Shown: positions 1-8,474, numbered from the stretch's first letter. The stretch: 31,457 nt of DNA from Polyangiales bacterium (GCA_045106895.1 JBGCFM010000192.1:1-31457); one strand, 5' to 3'. A program made the numbers and translations. The notes: generated by a model from the sequence alone, not told the origin.

Positions 1-3
1 ACC

Positions 4-918
4 TTACCCGTCAACGCCATCTGGCGTGATGTCTTTGCGAACTCGCTGGAGTCGCCACAGATTGGCGTCCACGGCACGCCAAGGATCCATCGCGCCACGG
101 CTGATGAGATCGAACATCATCAAGGGCTCGCCGCCTTCGACTTTGACGCGTGGGAGCGAGATGGGATCGTGCGATGCGCCAATGGAGCCATGCATCGAGT
201 TGAAGGCGATGTCGTAGCCAGCGTCGGCGACCGCACGGTCCGTCGCCGGGGAGAAGTCGGAGCGTGTCCCATAGGGATACGCGAAGGACGCGACGGTCTC
301 ACCAAGGATATCCTCAAGCTCGTCCTTGGAACGCTTCGCCTCGTCGCGGGCCTCATCGAGCTTCATAAGACCGAGGGAGCGATGGGTACGCGCGTGAGCG
401 CCAATCTCGACGAGGTCGCTCGAGGCCAACTCGCGAAGCTCATCGGCGCTCATGAAGCGTTCGACGAGGCCTTCAAAGTCGCCACCTACGAGGCTTGAAG
501 TCACGTAGAAGACCGCCGGCACGCCCCATCGGCGCAAGATCGGCAGCGCTTCGGTGAGGTTCGAGATGTTCCCATCGTCGAGGGTGACGATGCACGCGTC
601 TTCCGGCACTGTGCCTGTGCCCGCGACGAAGTCCTGAACTTGGGCCAGAGACACAGCGCGCCGCTCTTCAGCGAGGAGGCGTACCTGAGCTTCGAAGTCG
701 TCGCGGTGGACGCAAAAGGGGTCGTTGGGCACGTCGCCAACGCGGTGGTAGGTCAACGCGCGAACGCGAGGGCCGCGTCGCAAGAGGCGTGATGCTCCGA
801 GCAAGCCCGAAGCCCACGTTCCATAGGCGACGCCGCCGCGAGCAGCCTTCTTCACATACCAGCGTGCACCGGGCCGGGACTCGTCTGTCGCTTCCTCGTC
901 ATCACGTCGTTCGCTCAT
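4..918 (-). CDS. Polysaccharide deacetylase (CE4/NodB homology)
   Basis: Motifs LTYHRV, TLDDG, HARTH (HxxxH metal ligands) and FAYPYG; ATGA overlap with the upstream adenylation gene. Confidence 0.9.
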   Translation of the reverse strand: MSERRDDEEATDESRPGARWYVKKAARGGVAYGTWASGLLGASRLLRRGPRVRALTYHRVGDVPNDPFCVHRDDFEAQVRLLAEERRAVSLAQVQDFVAGTGTVPEDACIVTLDDGNISNLTEALPILRRWGVPAVFYVTSSLVGGDFEGLVERFMSADELRELASSDLVEIGAHARTHRSLGLMKLDEARDEAKRSKDELEDILGETVASFAYPYGTRSDFSPATDRAVADAGYDIAFNSMHGSIGASHDPISLPRVKVEGGEPLMMFDLISRGAMDPWRAVDANLWRLQRVRKDITPDGVDG

Positions 919-2516
919 TTGGCTTCTCCTTCAAGCATCGCCTGCAACGCCTTACGGTCCGTCTTGCCGTTCGCATTAAGAGGGAATGTGTCGATCTGAA
1001 TGACGCGCGACGGTTGCATATAGGCCGGAAGAAACGCCTTCACGTCCTGTTGGATAAGCGCCACGTCTTTGTCCGATGGACTCACAAAACCAACGATTCC
1101 GTCGGCGCCGCTCGCGCTGAGAGGCCAACCGATCGCGATGGCGACATCCGCGCCGCTCTCGCTCCGTAGTACCGCCTCAATCTCGCCGAGTTCCACGCGG
1201 TAGCCCATGATCTTGATCTGGTTGTCGACGCGCCCGAGGTAAATCAGGGGGCCGTCTTTGAGCTGCCTGACGCGGTCGCCGGTCCGGTAATAGATGCAGT
1301 CTTCTCCCGGCGGCACGACGAACACTTTGTCCGTGCGGGCTTGGTCTTCCCAATACCCCAGAGCGACCTGAGGGCCCGTCAGCAAAAGCTCGCCATCCGT
1401 ACCGGTGGGCACTTCGTTTCCTTCGGCGTCGGAGACACGAACGATCATGTTCGGATAAGGCACGCCGATGGGCACAACGCCGTGGAGCGCTTCGGCCTTG
1501 GACGCCTCCCCTTGCCACCGGTAGAGGGTGCAGGCGATGGTCAGCTCGGTAGGCCCGTAGAGGTTCTCCACGATGGCGTTTGGCGTGGCAGCGGCGAAAC
1601 GTTCGGTAATGTCGACGGGCAGAGCCTCACCGCAGAAGAGCGTCCAACGTAGAGTGGGGTAGGCGTCTGGTTTCAACATGCGCAGCTTGCTCATGAGCAC
1701 GCCCGTCGAAGGAACGCTGAACCAAACCGTGAGCTCTTGCTTCTTGACGTACTTGCCCGGGAAGAGCTTCTGTTGAGCCGTCGGAACGCAGAGACAAGCG
1801 CCACACGCCCACGCACAAAACATGTCGAAGGCGCTCAGGTCGAAGGTCAGGTCGAAGGTCTGCGAGAAACGATCGTTCTCGTCAAAGCCGTAGCGCTCGA
1901 CCATCGAATGAACGAAGGCCACCACGTTGCGCTGAGCGACCATGACACCCTTGGGTGTACCGGTGCTGCCGCTGGTGAAGAGAAGGTAGACGAGGTCGTC
2001 TGGGCTGACGGGCCCCAGCATGTACCCGTCCCCATCTTCGAGCCCCGCAGCCCCGATGAAATGATGCCGAGGGAACGCTGCACTGAGCGCAGCGACGTCT
2101 TCGGCGTCGGGAAGCACAACGACAAGCTCGGTCGCGATGCCCGTCAACAACTCTTCAAGTTTGCCTTCGCCCGTCTTGTCGACGACCAGCGCGCGGCAGT
2201 GCGAGCGCTCAAGCATGACGCGAGACCGGTCGATGGGAAACGCCGGGTTAAGTGGCACGTATCCGTGGCCCTCGTAGAGAACGCCGAGGATGCCCGCGAA
2301 GGCGCTCGGTGCCCGATGCCCAAAGACGGCGCTGAGACGATGTTCGCCGGAGGGGGCCGGCGCGTGCTTTCGAAGCGTCGCTCCGATGCGTCGCGCTCTC
2401 TCGTCGAGTTCAGAGTAGGTGAGGGACTCTTTGCCAATGGACAAAGCCGGACGCGTGGGGTGAGCTTCACGCGAACGGAGAAAGCCGTCTCGCACTGTTT
2501 CTGTTGTGGCCGTCAC
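915..2516 (-). CDS. Stand-alone amino-acid adenylation enzyme (DltA-like carrier-protein ligase)
   Basis: A-domain cores YLLFTSGSTGTPKGV, FDLS, FCGEAL, NLYGPTE, YRTGD, GRVDNQIKIMGYRVELGEIE and PLNANGKTDRKAL; no C or T domain. Confidence 0.9.
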   Translation of the reverse strand: MTATTETVRDGFLRSREAHPTRPALSIGKESLTYSELDERARRIGATLRKHAPAPSGEHRLSAVFGHRAPSAFAGILGVLYEGHGYVPLNPAFPIDRSRVMLERSHCRALVVDKTGEGKLEELLTGIATELVVVLPDAEDVAALSAAFPRHHFIGAAGLEDGDGYMLGPVSPDDLVYLLFTSGSTGTPKGVMVAQRNVVAFVHSMVERYGFDENDRFSQTFDLTFDLSAFDMFCAWACGACLCVPTAQQKLFPGKYVKKQELTVWFSVPSTGVLMSKLRMLKPDAYPTLRWTLFCGEALPVDITERFAAATPNAIVENLYGPTELTIACTLYRWQGEASKAEALHGVVPIGVPYPNMIVRVSDAEGNEVPTGTDGELLLTGPQVALGYWEDQARTDKVFVVPPGEDCIYYRTGDRVRQLKDGPLIYLGRVDNQIKIMGYRVELGEIEAVLRSESGADVAIAIGWPLSASGADGIVGFVSPSDKDVALIQQDVKAFLPAYMQPSRVIQIDTFPLNANGKTDRKALQAMLEGEAK

Positions 2517-2770
2517 GCGGCGAGTGTAGCGAAAAACCCCGCCCAGAGTGTGTTGATGCTCGTGAACACCTCTGGCTCGATCTCATCGGTATCGACCTCT
2601 TCTTCACGAAGCTCTTCGATGTAGAGGACGAACTCGACGATATCCAAAGAGTTGAGCAAGCCCACCTCAAGAATTGGAAGGTCGTCGGTGAGAGCGTCCT
2701 TTTCCATGGGCGCCTGACTGTGCTCAAGGAGCCAGTCTTTGAGCTGATTTCGCACTTCCGCTTCGTTCAT
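2513..2770 (-). CDS. Acyl/aminoacyl carrier protein (DltC-like)
   Basis: 85 aa, acidic, GLLNSLDIVEFVLYIEE around the phosphopantetheine Ser; GTGA overlap with the adenylation gene. Confidence 0.85.
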   Translation of the reverse strand: MNEAEVRNQLKDWLLEHSQAPMEKDALTDDLPILEVGLLNSLDIVEFVLYIEELREEEVDTDEIEPEVFTSINTLWAGFFATLAA

Positions 2771-3185
2771 ATCGTCTCACTGGCCAAGGGCCGAAAAGTC
2801 GGCGAGACAATACGCAGTTGGCGTCTGGGCGCAAGGGAAGAGACGCCCGCCGTCGGGGTCGTGACGGGAAGGGCTTGACGGACACTCCCCGCGTCGCCGT
2901 CGACACTGGCTTTTAGGGCGTGTTTGTGCTAGAGTTCACTCTCTGGCGACGAGATCCTGTCTTAATCGTGCTGACGCACGCGACGGTGATTCCAGGTCAG
3001 GCCACATAGCCAGGTTCGAACGCAAAGCGTCGTCTGCCGACGCTCTCTGCAGCGCGTGAAACGCACTTTTGAACCACGGCGAGCTCGCTTAGGCGGTCCC
3101 ACCCCTCAGCCAGCAAGTGTCAGCGCACGGTGCGCGGCACTTCTCGACCACTTACGCCCGGCCTTCGGACCGGAACGGAGAACCT

Positions 3186-4241
3186 GTGACCTCAACGAAC
3201 TCAAACACCAACGCTCCCGCCAACACCGACCTCGACATCATCGACGGCGCCACCTCGATGCACACCCTCTTCCGGCACACCCGCCGAGAGATGTGGGGGC
3301 TTGGAATCGTCCTCGCCCGCGACGATGACCGTGTGAAGATGCAGTTTCAGGATGGACGCACCCGCTCCTTCGCAAACGGCTACTACCACATGCTCGATGC
3401 CGTCGACCGCCCCCTCGACCTGACCCGCAGCGTGGTCAACGCACTCTGCTCGATGGTGGACGACGAAGCAGCGCCACGTGCCACGGGTCCGGAGCCGGTC
3501 AGCTTTGACGAACAGGTGCGCTTCTTTCAGGCAAAATACGCAGCCGGTTTCCACGACGCGGAGTACTCGGAGCGGCATCGAGGCGATGGGCGCAAGAAGC
3601 CTCTGAAGCGCCAGCGCGATGGGCTCGTTGAGAAGGCCCGAAAGCTACAGAAGCCGCAGATGTCCAAGTGGATGAAGGCTGGCGAGTTCGCAGAGATTCA
3701 CAAGGCCGCCAAGGGCGTGGCCAATGTCACGGACCTCGTCGCCGCAAAGGAGCGTAAGGCCTTCGCGGCGATCGGTGAAGAGCATCACGAGATGTTTGCT
3801 GCCAGCCTTCACGCTCTCCTTCACGGCACAAGCAAGCTCGTCGCGCGCATGGACGGTTTCATCCGCACGCTGACCACAGCCATGGGAACGGCTCCTAGCT
3901 GGGGCCTCGCATCTGTGTTCTTGGGCGCGACGCATCCCGAACAACACGTGGTCGTTCGCGGCAAGGTATTGGCACTGCAGTGCGCGTGGATGGCCCCCGG
4001 CCTGAGCGTCTCTGACAACCCCATGGGCATTCTCTACGAGCGACTCGCAAACATGACCAAGGATGTGAAGGCGCGGCTTGAAGAAGCCGGATTTGAGCCC
4101 CGAGACATGCTCGATGTAACGGACTTTATGTGGGCGACACTCCGCCCCATGGCGCAAAAAGAGATCATGAGGATGCGTCGGGCGACACCTCGTCTCTCCG
4201 CGACCGTCAGCGCGAACGAAAACCAAGAACAGGCCGCGTAA
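3186..4241 (+). CDS. Hypothetical protein; small N-terminal beta (DUF3553/SH3-like) domain plus a helical domain ending PRDMLDVTDFMW
   Basis: GTG at 3186 preceded by GGAG; open 351 aa; segment H..WGLGIV....DRVKMQFQDG resembles DUF3553-type domains (from recall). Confidence 0.7.
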   Translation: MTSTNSNTNAPANTDLDIIDGATSMHTLFRHTRREMWGLGIVLARDDDRVKMQFQDGRTRSFANGYYHMLDAVDRPLDLTRSVVNALCSMVDDEAAPRATGPEPVSFDEQVRFFQAKYAAGFHDAEYSERHRGDGRKKPLKRQRDGLVEKARKLQKPQMSKWMKAGEFAEIHKAAKGVANVTDLVAAKERKAFAAIGEEHHEMFAASLHALLHGTSKLVARMDGFIRTLTTAMGTAPSWGLASVFLGATHPEQHVVVRGKVLALQCAWMAPGLSVSDNPMGILYERLANMTKDVKARLEEAGFEPRDMLDVTDFMWATLRPMAQKEIMRMRRATPRLSATVSANENQEQAA

Positions 4242-4292
4242 GCCCGGCCGCTTCGCATCCCGCGAGGCTGACAAGGCTCAACTGGAAAAGGA

Positions 4293-4325
4293 AAAGGCTG
4301 AGATGGCAATGCCGTCTCAGCCTTT
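4293..4325. terminator. Probable bidirectional intrinsic terminator
   Basis: AAAGGCTGAGATGGC-AAT-GCCGTCTCAGCCTTT, a 15-bp stem with one G-U pair, between convergent genes; followed by TCCTTTTCC on the minus strand. Confidence 0.75.
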
Positions 4326-4370
4326 GTCGTTAGCGCGCGCTTCTTGAAGCGAGAGCGCGGCGGCTTTGAG

Positions 4371-5234
4371 CTAGAGAGCTGGCTCTTCTGTAAGGAGGTT
4401 GTTCTCAAGGAAGAAGTTCACGAGCTTCCGGCTCGCGCGTTCGCGGTGCTCCGCCGTCGCCGGGTGCGCGAGCGCAGCCTTACGAATCTTGTACGCACCT
4501 TCGAGTCCGGCGTCCTTGTACATGGTCGGGTTGTAGAAGTCGGCCCAGCTCGATTTGAGGTACTGAGCAAGCCACTTCTGAAAACCGGCGCGCAGTTCGT
4601 CGTCCCACTTCGGCAACCACTCCGCGGCAACTTCGGCAAGCCGGAGCCGACCGAAGGCGATGTGTCGCGACTCATCACGATGGTGGACATCGTTGAGGAG
4701 CGCGACGATGGGCTCGAGGCGTTTGTCCTTGGCCATCTTGATGTTGTAGTAGTCGCCAAGCTCTTCGACGACGAGGGCCTTGCAGAAGAACGCGACTTCT
4801 TCTTCGCCCTTGGCGTACTTTCGGTCGAGGGCAATCTTCTTCTCTGGGTACACCTTGCCGATGTACTTGTTGAGGAACATGCCAAACATGATCATGTGCT
4901 TGTTTTCCTCGTCGAGGAAATGATGCAGATACTCGGTGGATGATTCGTCCATCCGCTTGGAGTAGAGGCGGTCGCTCAGTCCGGCGACGAGTGGGCGCTC
5001 CCCCTGTAGCGTCAAGCTAAAGAAGTTCGCGCACTCGTACAGGCTCAGCTTGAGCCGCTGGTCTTCGTTGAGCGCATCCCAAGCTTCCGTGCCGAAGAGC
5101 GAGCATAGCTCCGGCGCCATGCACCACTTCTCACCGGACAAGGCCTCGGGCCAATCGAATCGATCGTAGACGTTCCAGAAACGGTCACGAGAGAGTTTGG
5201 TTAGTTTTTGGGCGACGGTTGAAGCGGTTCTCAT
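4371..5234 (-). CDS. AurF-like ferritin-fold diiron oxygenase
   Basis: Paired carboxylate/His motifs QGE...DEENKH and VEE...HHRDESRH with AurF-family spacing; 287 aa. Confidence 0.85.
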   Translation of the reverse strand: MRTASTVAQKLTKLSRDRFWNVYDRFDWPEALSGEKWCMAPELCSLFGTEAWDALNEDQRLKLSLYECANFFSLTLQGERPLVAGLSDRLYSKRMDESSTEYLHHFLDEENKHMIMFGMFLNKYIGKVYPEKKIALDRKYAKGEEEVAFFCKALVVEELGDYYNIKMAKDKRLEPIVALLNDVHHRDESRHIAFGRLRLAEVAAEWLPKWDDELRAGFQKWLAQYLKSSWADFYNPTMYKDAGLEGAYKIRKAALAHPATAEHRERASRKLVNFFLENNLLTEEPAL

Positions 5235-5310
5235 AGCTTCCTAACTATTGGTGCACTTTGGTGGGACGGCAAGACAGACCCGTGATCTCGGACACTGGTT
5301 TCGCGGGTCT

Positions 5311-6441
5311 TTAGAACATGGGCCCATGACCGTCGAAATTGGAGACAAAGAGGCCACGTTGGCTCTGGGTCCACGGCTCGAGCGCCGCCTGAAAGGCCGG
5401 ACTTGCACAGAATAGCCGACGTCCAGCGACGGAAACAAAGCCCTTGTCCTCAAAAGCGCTGATCCATCCAGCGTGGCTCTGGTTGGCGATGACCATGTCG
5501 GCGCCGTTTTCGCGCAGGTATTCGTACGCCGCGTGGATCACCTCGCCCGCGTCTTCCGGCAAAGCGAGGTAGTCGCCCACCTGACCCACATTGAGATTGC
5601 CGAAGCGGCCGTCGTCCTTCTTCTGCTTCTGCAAAACGACGGCCCAGCCTAACGTTTTCCCATTCTTGCGGATTCGCAGCCGCGTCGGCGGTGGCCATTC
5701 CAAAGTCTTGTGCTCCGCCGGGATCATGACGTTCATCGTCGCCGAATCTCGTACCGCGATAGCGTCGTAGCGCGGCGACACCTTCTCCCAGATCTCATCG
5801 GCCCAGGGCCCAAACTCACTCACGACTTCGGCTTCCGCCGAGAAGCGTTTTTTCGATTTGAGCCGGAGCGCCGCATGCAGGGAGCCCATCGCGAGATCTC
5901 CGAGACCACTCTTCGCCAGAACATCCTGGGCAAAGGCCCGCTTCGCGTCTTTTCGGAGTTCTCCGTTGTGAAGCAAGAAGTTCTTTCCGTTGCAGATGCG
6001 AAACAAGAACGGCGTGGGATGCATGAGCCAGCCCATTTTCGCCAATAGCTTAACGATCGGCTCGTCGTTTCCACCGTGCCCCCAGCTGTAGAGCATCGGG
6101 TACTTCTTGAGCATGTCTCGCAGTAGGCGAAGGCCGAGGACGGCGTACTTGGAATCGATCACACCGAGACTGATGGGACCTTGCCAGTCGGCGACCATTC
6201 CGGTCTTGCCATGGATGCACCACTCCTGAGGCTTCAGGGCGTACGCGCCGACACAGCGTGTCTCGTTCTCGATGGCGAGGAACATCTCCCGCCAGACCTT
6301 TTGGCCCTCACGTTTTGGGACCCAGATAGGTTCGGGATCGACGTAGAACCCCCAAGGGGAGTCCGCGTTGCGCAGCTCCGCGTTAAAGGTCTCAACGAGT
6401 GGCTTCATCTCTTCGCCGTGCCCGACGATCTTCGTTCCCAT
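5311..6441 (-). CDS. GNAT/FemAB-like acyl- or aminoacyl-transferase (putative)
   Basis: Start moved to ATG 6441 to avoid overlap with the divergent gene; two GNAT-like halves (CVGAYAL...LGLRLL; LGWAVV...VGDYLA); same strand as and directly upstream of the AurF-like gene. Confidence 0.55.
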   Translation of the reverse strand: MGTKIVGHGEEMKPLVETFNAELRNADSPWGFYVDPEPIWVPKREGQKVWREMFLAIENETRCVGAYALKPQEWCIHGKTGMVADWQGPISLGVIDSKYAVLGLRLLRDMLKKYPMLYSWGHGGNDEPIVKLLAKMGWLMHPTPFLFRICNGKNFLLHNGELRKDAKRAFAQDVLAKSGLGDLAMGSLHAALRLKSKKRFSAEAEVVSEFGPWADEIWEKVSPRYDAIAVRDSATMNVMIPAEHKTLEWPPPTRLRIRKNGKTLGWAVVLQKQKKDDGRFGNLNVGQVGDYLALPEDAGEVIHAAYEYLRENGADMVIANQSHAGWISAFEDKGFVSVAGRRLFCASPAFQAALEPWTQSQRGLFVSNFDGHGPMF

Positions 6442-6449
6442 GGGGCGGG

Positions 6450-6500
6450 AGTATGCCACACCGTTCTGTGTTTGCGACGGTGGGGCTTTCTGGGGATAAT
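6450..6500. promoter_or_regulatory. Back-to-back sigma70-like promoters
   Basis: Plus strand: TTGCGA(6472-6477)-17 bp-GATAAT(6495-6500), 7 nt before ATG 6508. Minus strand: TGG-CATACT extended -10, 8 nt before ATG 6441. Confidence 0.55.
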
Positions 6501-6507
6501 CACGCCG

Positions 6508-7323
6508 ATGATCAAGCCAATCGAATATGAGCGGGAAGCGCTCCGCGATGCTTTTCGCGACGCCACTCCCTTTCCCCACGTCTCCATGGACCCCTTTCTT
6601 CCGGAAGCGACGGCGGACGCGCTTGCTGGCGCGTTTCCTTCATTCGACCAGGCGAGCAAGGTCGGCAAACAGTTTACGGCTGTGAACGAGCTGCGGAAGA
6701 TCCAGATCACAGACACGGAGGCGTTCTCTGGACCCATCGCGGAGCTCAATGATTTCCTGGCGAGCCCTGAGTACCTCAAGGAGCTTGAGTTCATCACCGG
6801 GATTCCAAACCTCTTGGCCGATCCAACCCTCGCGGGTGGCGGAATACACATGACGGGATCCCGGGGCCGCCTCGATGTGCACGTTGACTTCAACTACCTC
6901 GAAGAAGCGAAGCTTTACCGCCGTCTAAACCTCCTCCTCTATCTCAACCCGGTGTGGGAGCGAAGCTGGGGTGGCGCCGTCGAACTCTGGGACGAGAAGG
7001 TCTCGACGCTCCACCACTCGTTCGAACCGAAGCTGAATCGCTGCGTTCTCTTCGAGACAAGCCAGCGGAGCTATCACGGCGTAGAAGAGGTTCGCTGTCC
7101 CCCCGACATGACGCGAAACTCTTTCGCCGTTTATTACTACACGAAGGAGCCGCCGCCGGACTACCCAGGCTACAACCACACCACCCGCTTCCGCGCGCGC
7201 CCCGACGAGCCGCTCAAGAAGTACGTTCTGATGCCTGCGGAGAAAGCGAAGATCGCCGTCAAAAAGGGACGCGAAAAGGCGAACCGCGCCAAGGACAAGG
7301 TAAAGAAGCTTCTCGGCCGCTGA
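6508..7323 (+). CDS. 2OG-Fe(II) oxygenase (prolyl-hydroxylase-like)
   Basis: GGGIH...LDVHVDFN (HxD), RRLNLLLYLN, GGAVELWD, SYHG and RNSFAVYYY; start at ATG 6508. Confidence 0.9.
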   Translation: MIKPIEYEREALRDAFRDATPFPHVSMDPFLPEATADALAGAFPSFDQASKVGKQFTAVNELRKIQITDTEAFSGPIAELNDFLASPEYLKELEFITGIPNLLADPTLAGGGIHMTGSRGRLDVHVDFNYLEEAKLYRRLNLLLYLNPVWERSWGGAVELWDEKVSTLHHSFEPKLNRCVLFETSQRSYHGVEEVRCPPDMTRNSFAVYYYTKEPPPDYPGYNHTTRFRARPDEPLKKYVLMPAEKAKIAVKKGREKANRAKDKVKKLLGR

Positions 7324-7338
7324 ACTCGGTCACAGCTC

Positions 7339-7450
7339 AAGAACGGGGCATTGACCTCGGCTTCTATGAAACCTCATCGCCTGGATGAGGCGCCGTAGAG
7401 CTGAGATCAGGGCCCCGTCTTCAATTCGGCGCGGTGAAACCACCGCTCCG
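7339..7450. other. Long imperfect hairpin (about 83 nt) followed by a second short hairpin
   Basis: 7339-7378 pairs with 7384-7421 (CCTCATC/GATGAGG core, ACGGGGC/GCCCCGT base); GCGGTG-AAAC-CACCGC at 7431-7446. Confidence 0.6.
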
Positions 7451-7475
7451 AGAATCGCAGATTTCACGGACCGCC

Positions 7476-7519
7476 TTGATCTCAACGCGTCCAACGTTCA
7501 TTATCAGTCGAGTGATAAT
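7476..7519 (+). promoter_or_regulatory. Promoter with overlapping palindromic operator (likely for the downstream TetR)
   Basis: TTGATC-17 bp-CATTAT; 20-bp palindrome ATTATCAGTCGAGTGATAAT (7500-7519, one mismatched pair) ending 4 nt before the start codon. Confidence 0.65.
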
Positions 7520-7523
7520 AAAC

Positions 7524-8474
7524 ATGAAACGAGGTTGGATCATGGTTCTAAGCCTCCTGGGGTGCATGAGCGCCGAAGTGGAGACCCAAGACGGGGTGTT
7601 TCAAGGAGTTGTGGAGTTTGATGAACGCCGACTCGCCTTTGAACGCCCTGGCCGCGTGGACCAGATGCTGGTGGCCGAAACCGAGGAGGTGGAGGCAGGA
7701 CAGCTCCTCGCCACGCTGGACACGGATCTGGCGGAGCTCGAACGCGATATGCGCGCTGCTCAACTTGAAGCCGCCCAGGCAAAGCTCGCCCTCATCGCCG
7801 CAGGTGCGCGCTCGAGCGATGTTCGCGCCCTCGCGTCGGAGCTTCGAGCAGCGCGCGCGAGCGTGGAGACCCTCGAAGACGACCTGGCGCGCAACGAGAG
7901 CCTCCAGAACACCGGCGCGGTTCCCGCGGCGCAAGTCGATCGACTTCGTGGCGAAGTCGAGCGAGCTCGGGGCGTCGCCGGCGCCGTCGCATCCCGCCTC
8001 ACCTCGCTGCGCTCGGGTCCACGAAGCGAGGAACTCTCCATCGCAGCCGCGCAGGTCGAAGCAGCAGATGTTGCCGTTCGCGTCGCAGAGCGAAGCCTCG
8101 AGCAGTTTGCGTTGCTCGCGCCGGTCGACGCGCAGGTCCTAAGTGTGGACTCGGAGCCGGGCGAAGTCGCGGCAGCGGGCCGCGTCGCCATGGTGCTGTC
8201 ACTTCGCGACCGACCCTTTGTCGATGTCTTCGTGCCACAAAACCGGGTGCGCGATGTACGTGCCGGCGGCTCCGTAGAGATCCGTGTGGACTCAAGCGAG
8301 AGCGTGCTCCGCGGCACCATCGAGCAGATCGGAAGCGAGCTTGAGTACACGCCACGCTTTCTGTTCAGCGAGAGCGAGCGGCCCAACCTGGTGCTCCGCG
8401 TCCGCGTGCGCGTCGAAGACCCGGAGCATGTTCTACTCGCCGGCGTACCTGCGTTCGTGACGATGGTTCCGTGA
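7524..8474 (+). CDS. HlyD-family membrane fusion (periplasmic adaptor) protein, YbhG-like
   Basis: Signal/lipobox-like N-terminus (LSLLGC), GRV...V..GQLLA.LD lipoyl half, coiled coil, LAPVD, EYTPRF. Confidence 0.85.
   Translation: MKRGWIMVLSLLGCMSAEVETQDGVFQGVVEFDERRLAFERPGRVDQMLVAETEEVEAGQLLATLDTDLAELERDMRAAQLEAAQAKLALIAAGARSSDVRALASELRAARASVETLEDDLARNESLQNTGAVPAAQVDRLRGEVERARGVAGAVASRLTSLRSGPRSEELSIAAAQVEAADVAVRVAERSLEQFALLAPVDAQVLSVDSEPGEVAAAGRVAMVLSLRDRPFVDVFVPQNRVRDVRAGGSVEIRVDSSESVLRGTIEQIGSELEYTPRFLFSESERPNLVLRVRVRVEDPEHVLLAGVPAFVTMVP

Noticed and set aside
915..2770. Canonical dlt operon or a full NRPS
   Set aside because: No dltB/dltD, condensation or thioesterase domain in the window, so the dltA/dltC symbols were withheld
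3011..3075. c-di-GMP-I (GEMM) riboswitch suggested by ACGCAAAGC
   Set aside because: The upstream GCAAACC/GNRA hairpin and the matching receptor are missing; only a short sequence coincidence
6181..6579. Long overlapping N-terminal extensions of the divergent GNAT and 2OG ORFs
   Set aside because: They would overlap head-to-head by about 400 bp; promoter-like elements and domain starts support ATG 6441 and ATG 6508
7339..7421. SRP RNA, 6S RNA or tRNA
   Set aside because: No SRP GGAA-loop domain IV motif, too short for 6S, and no cloverleaf or T-loop
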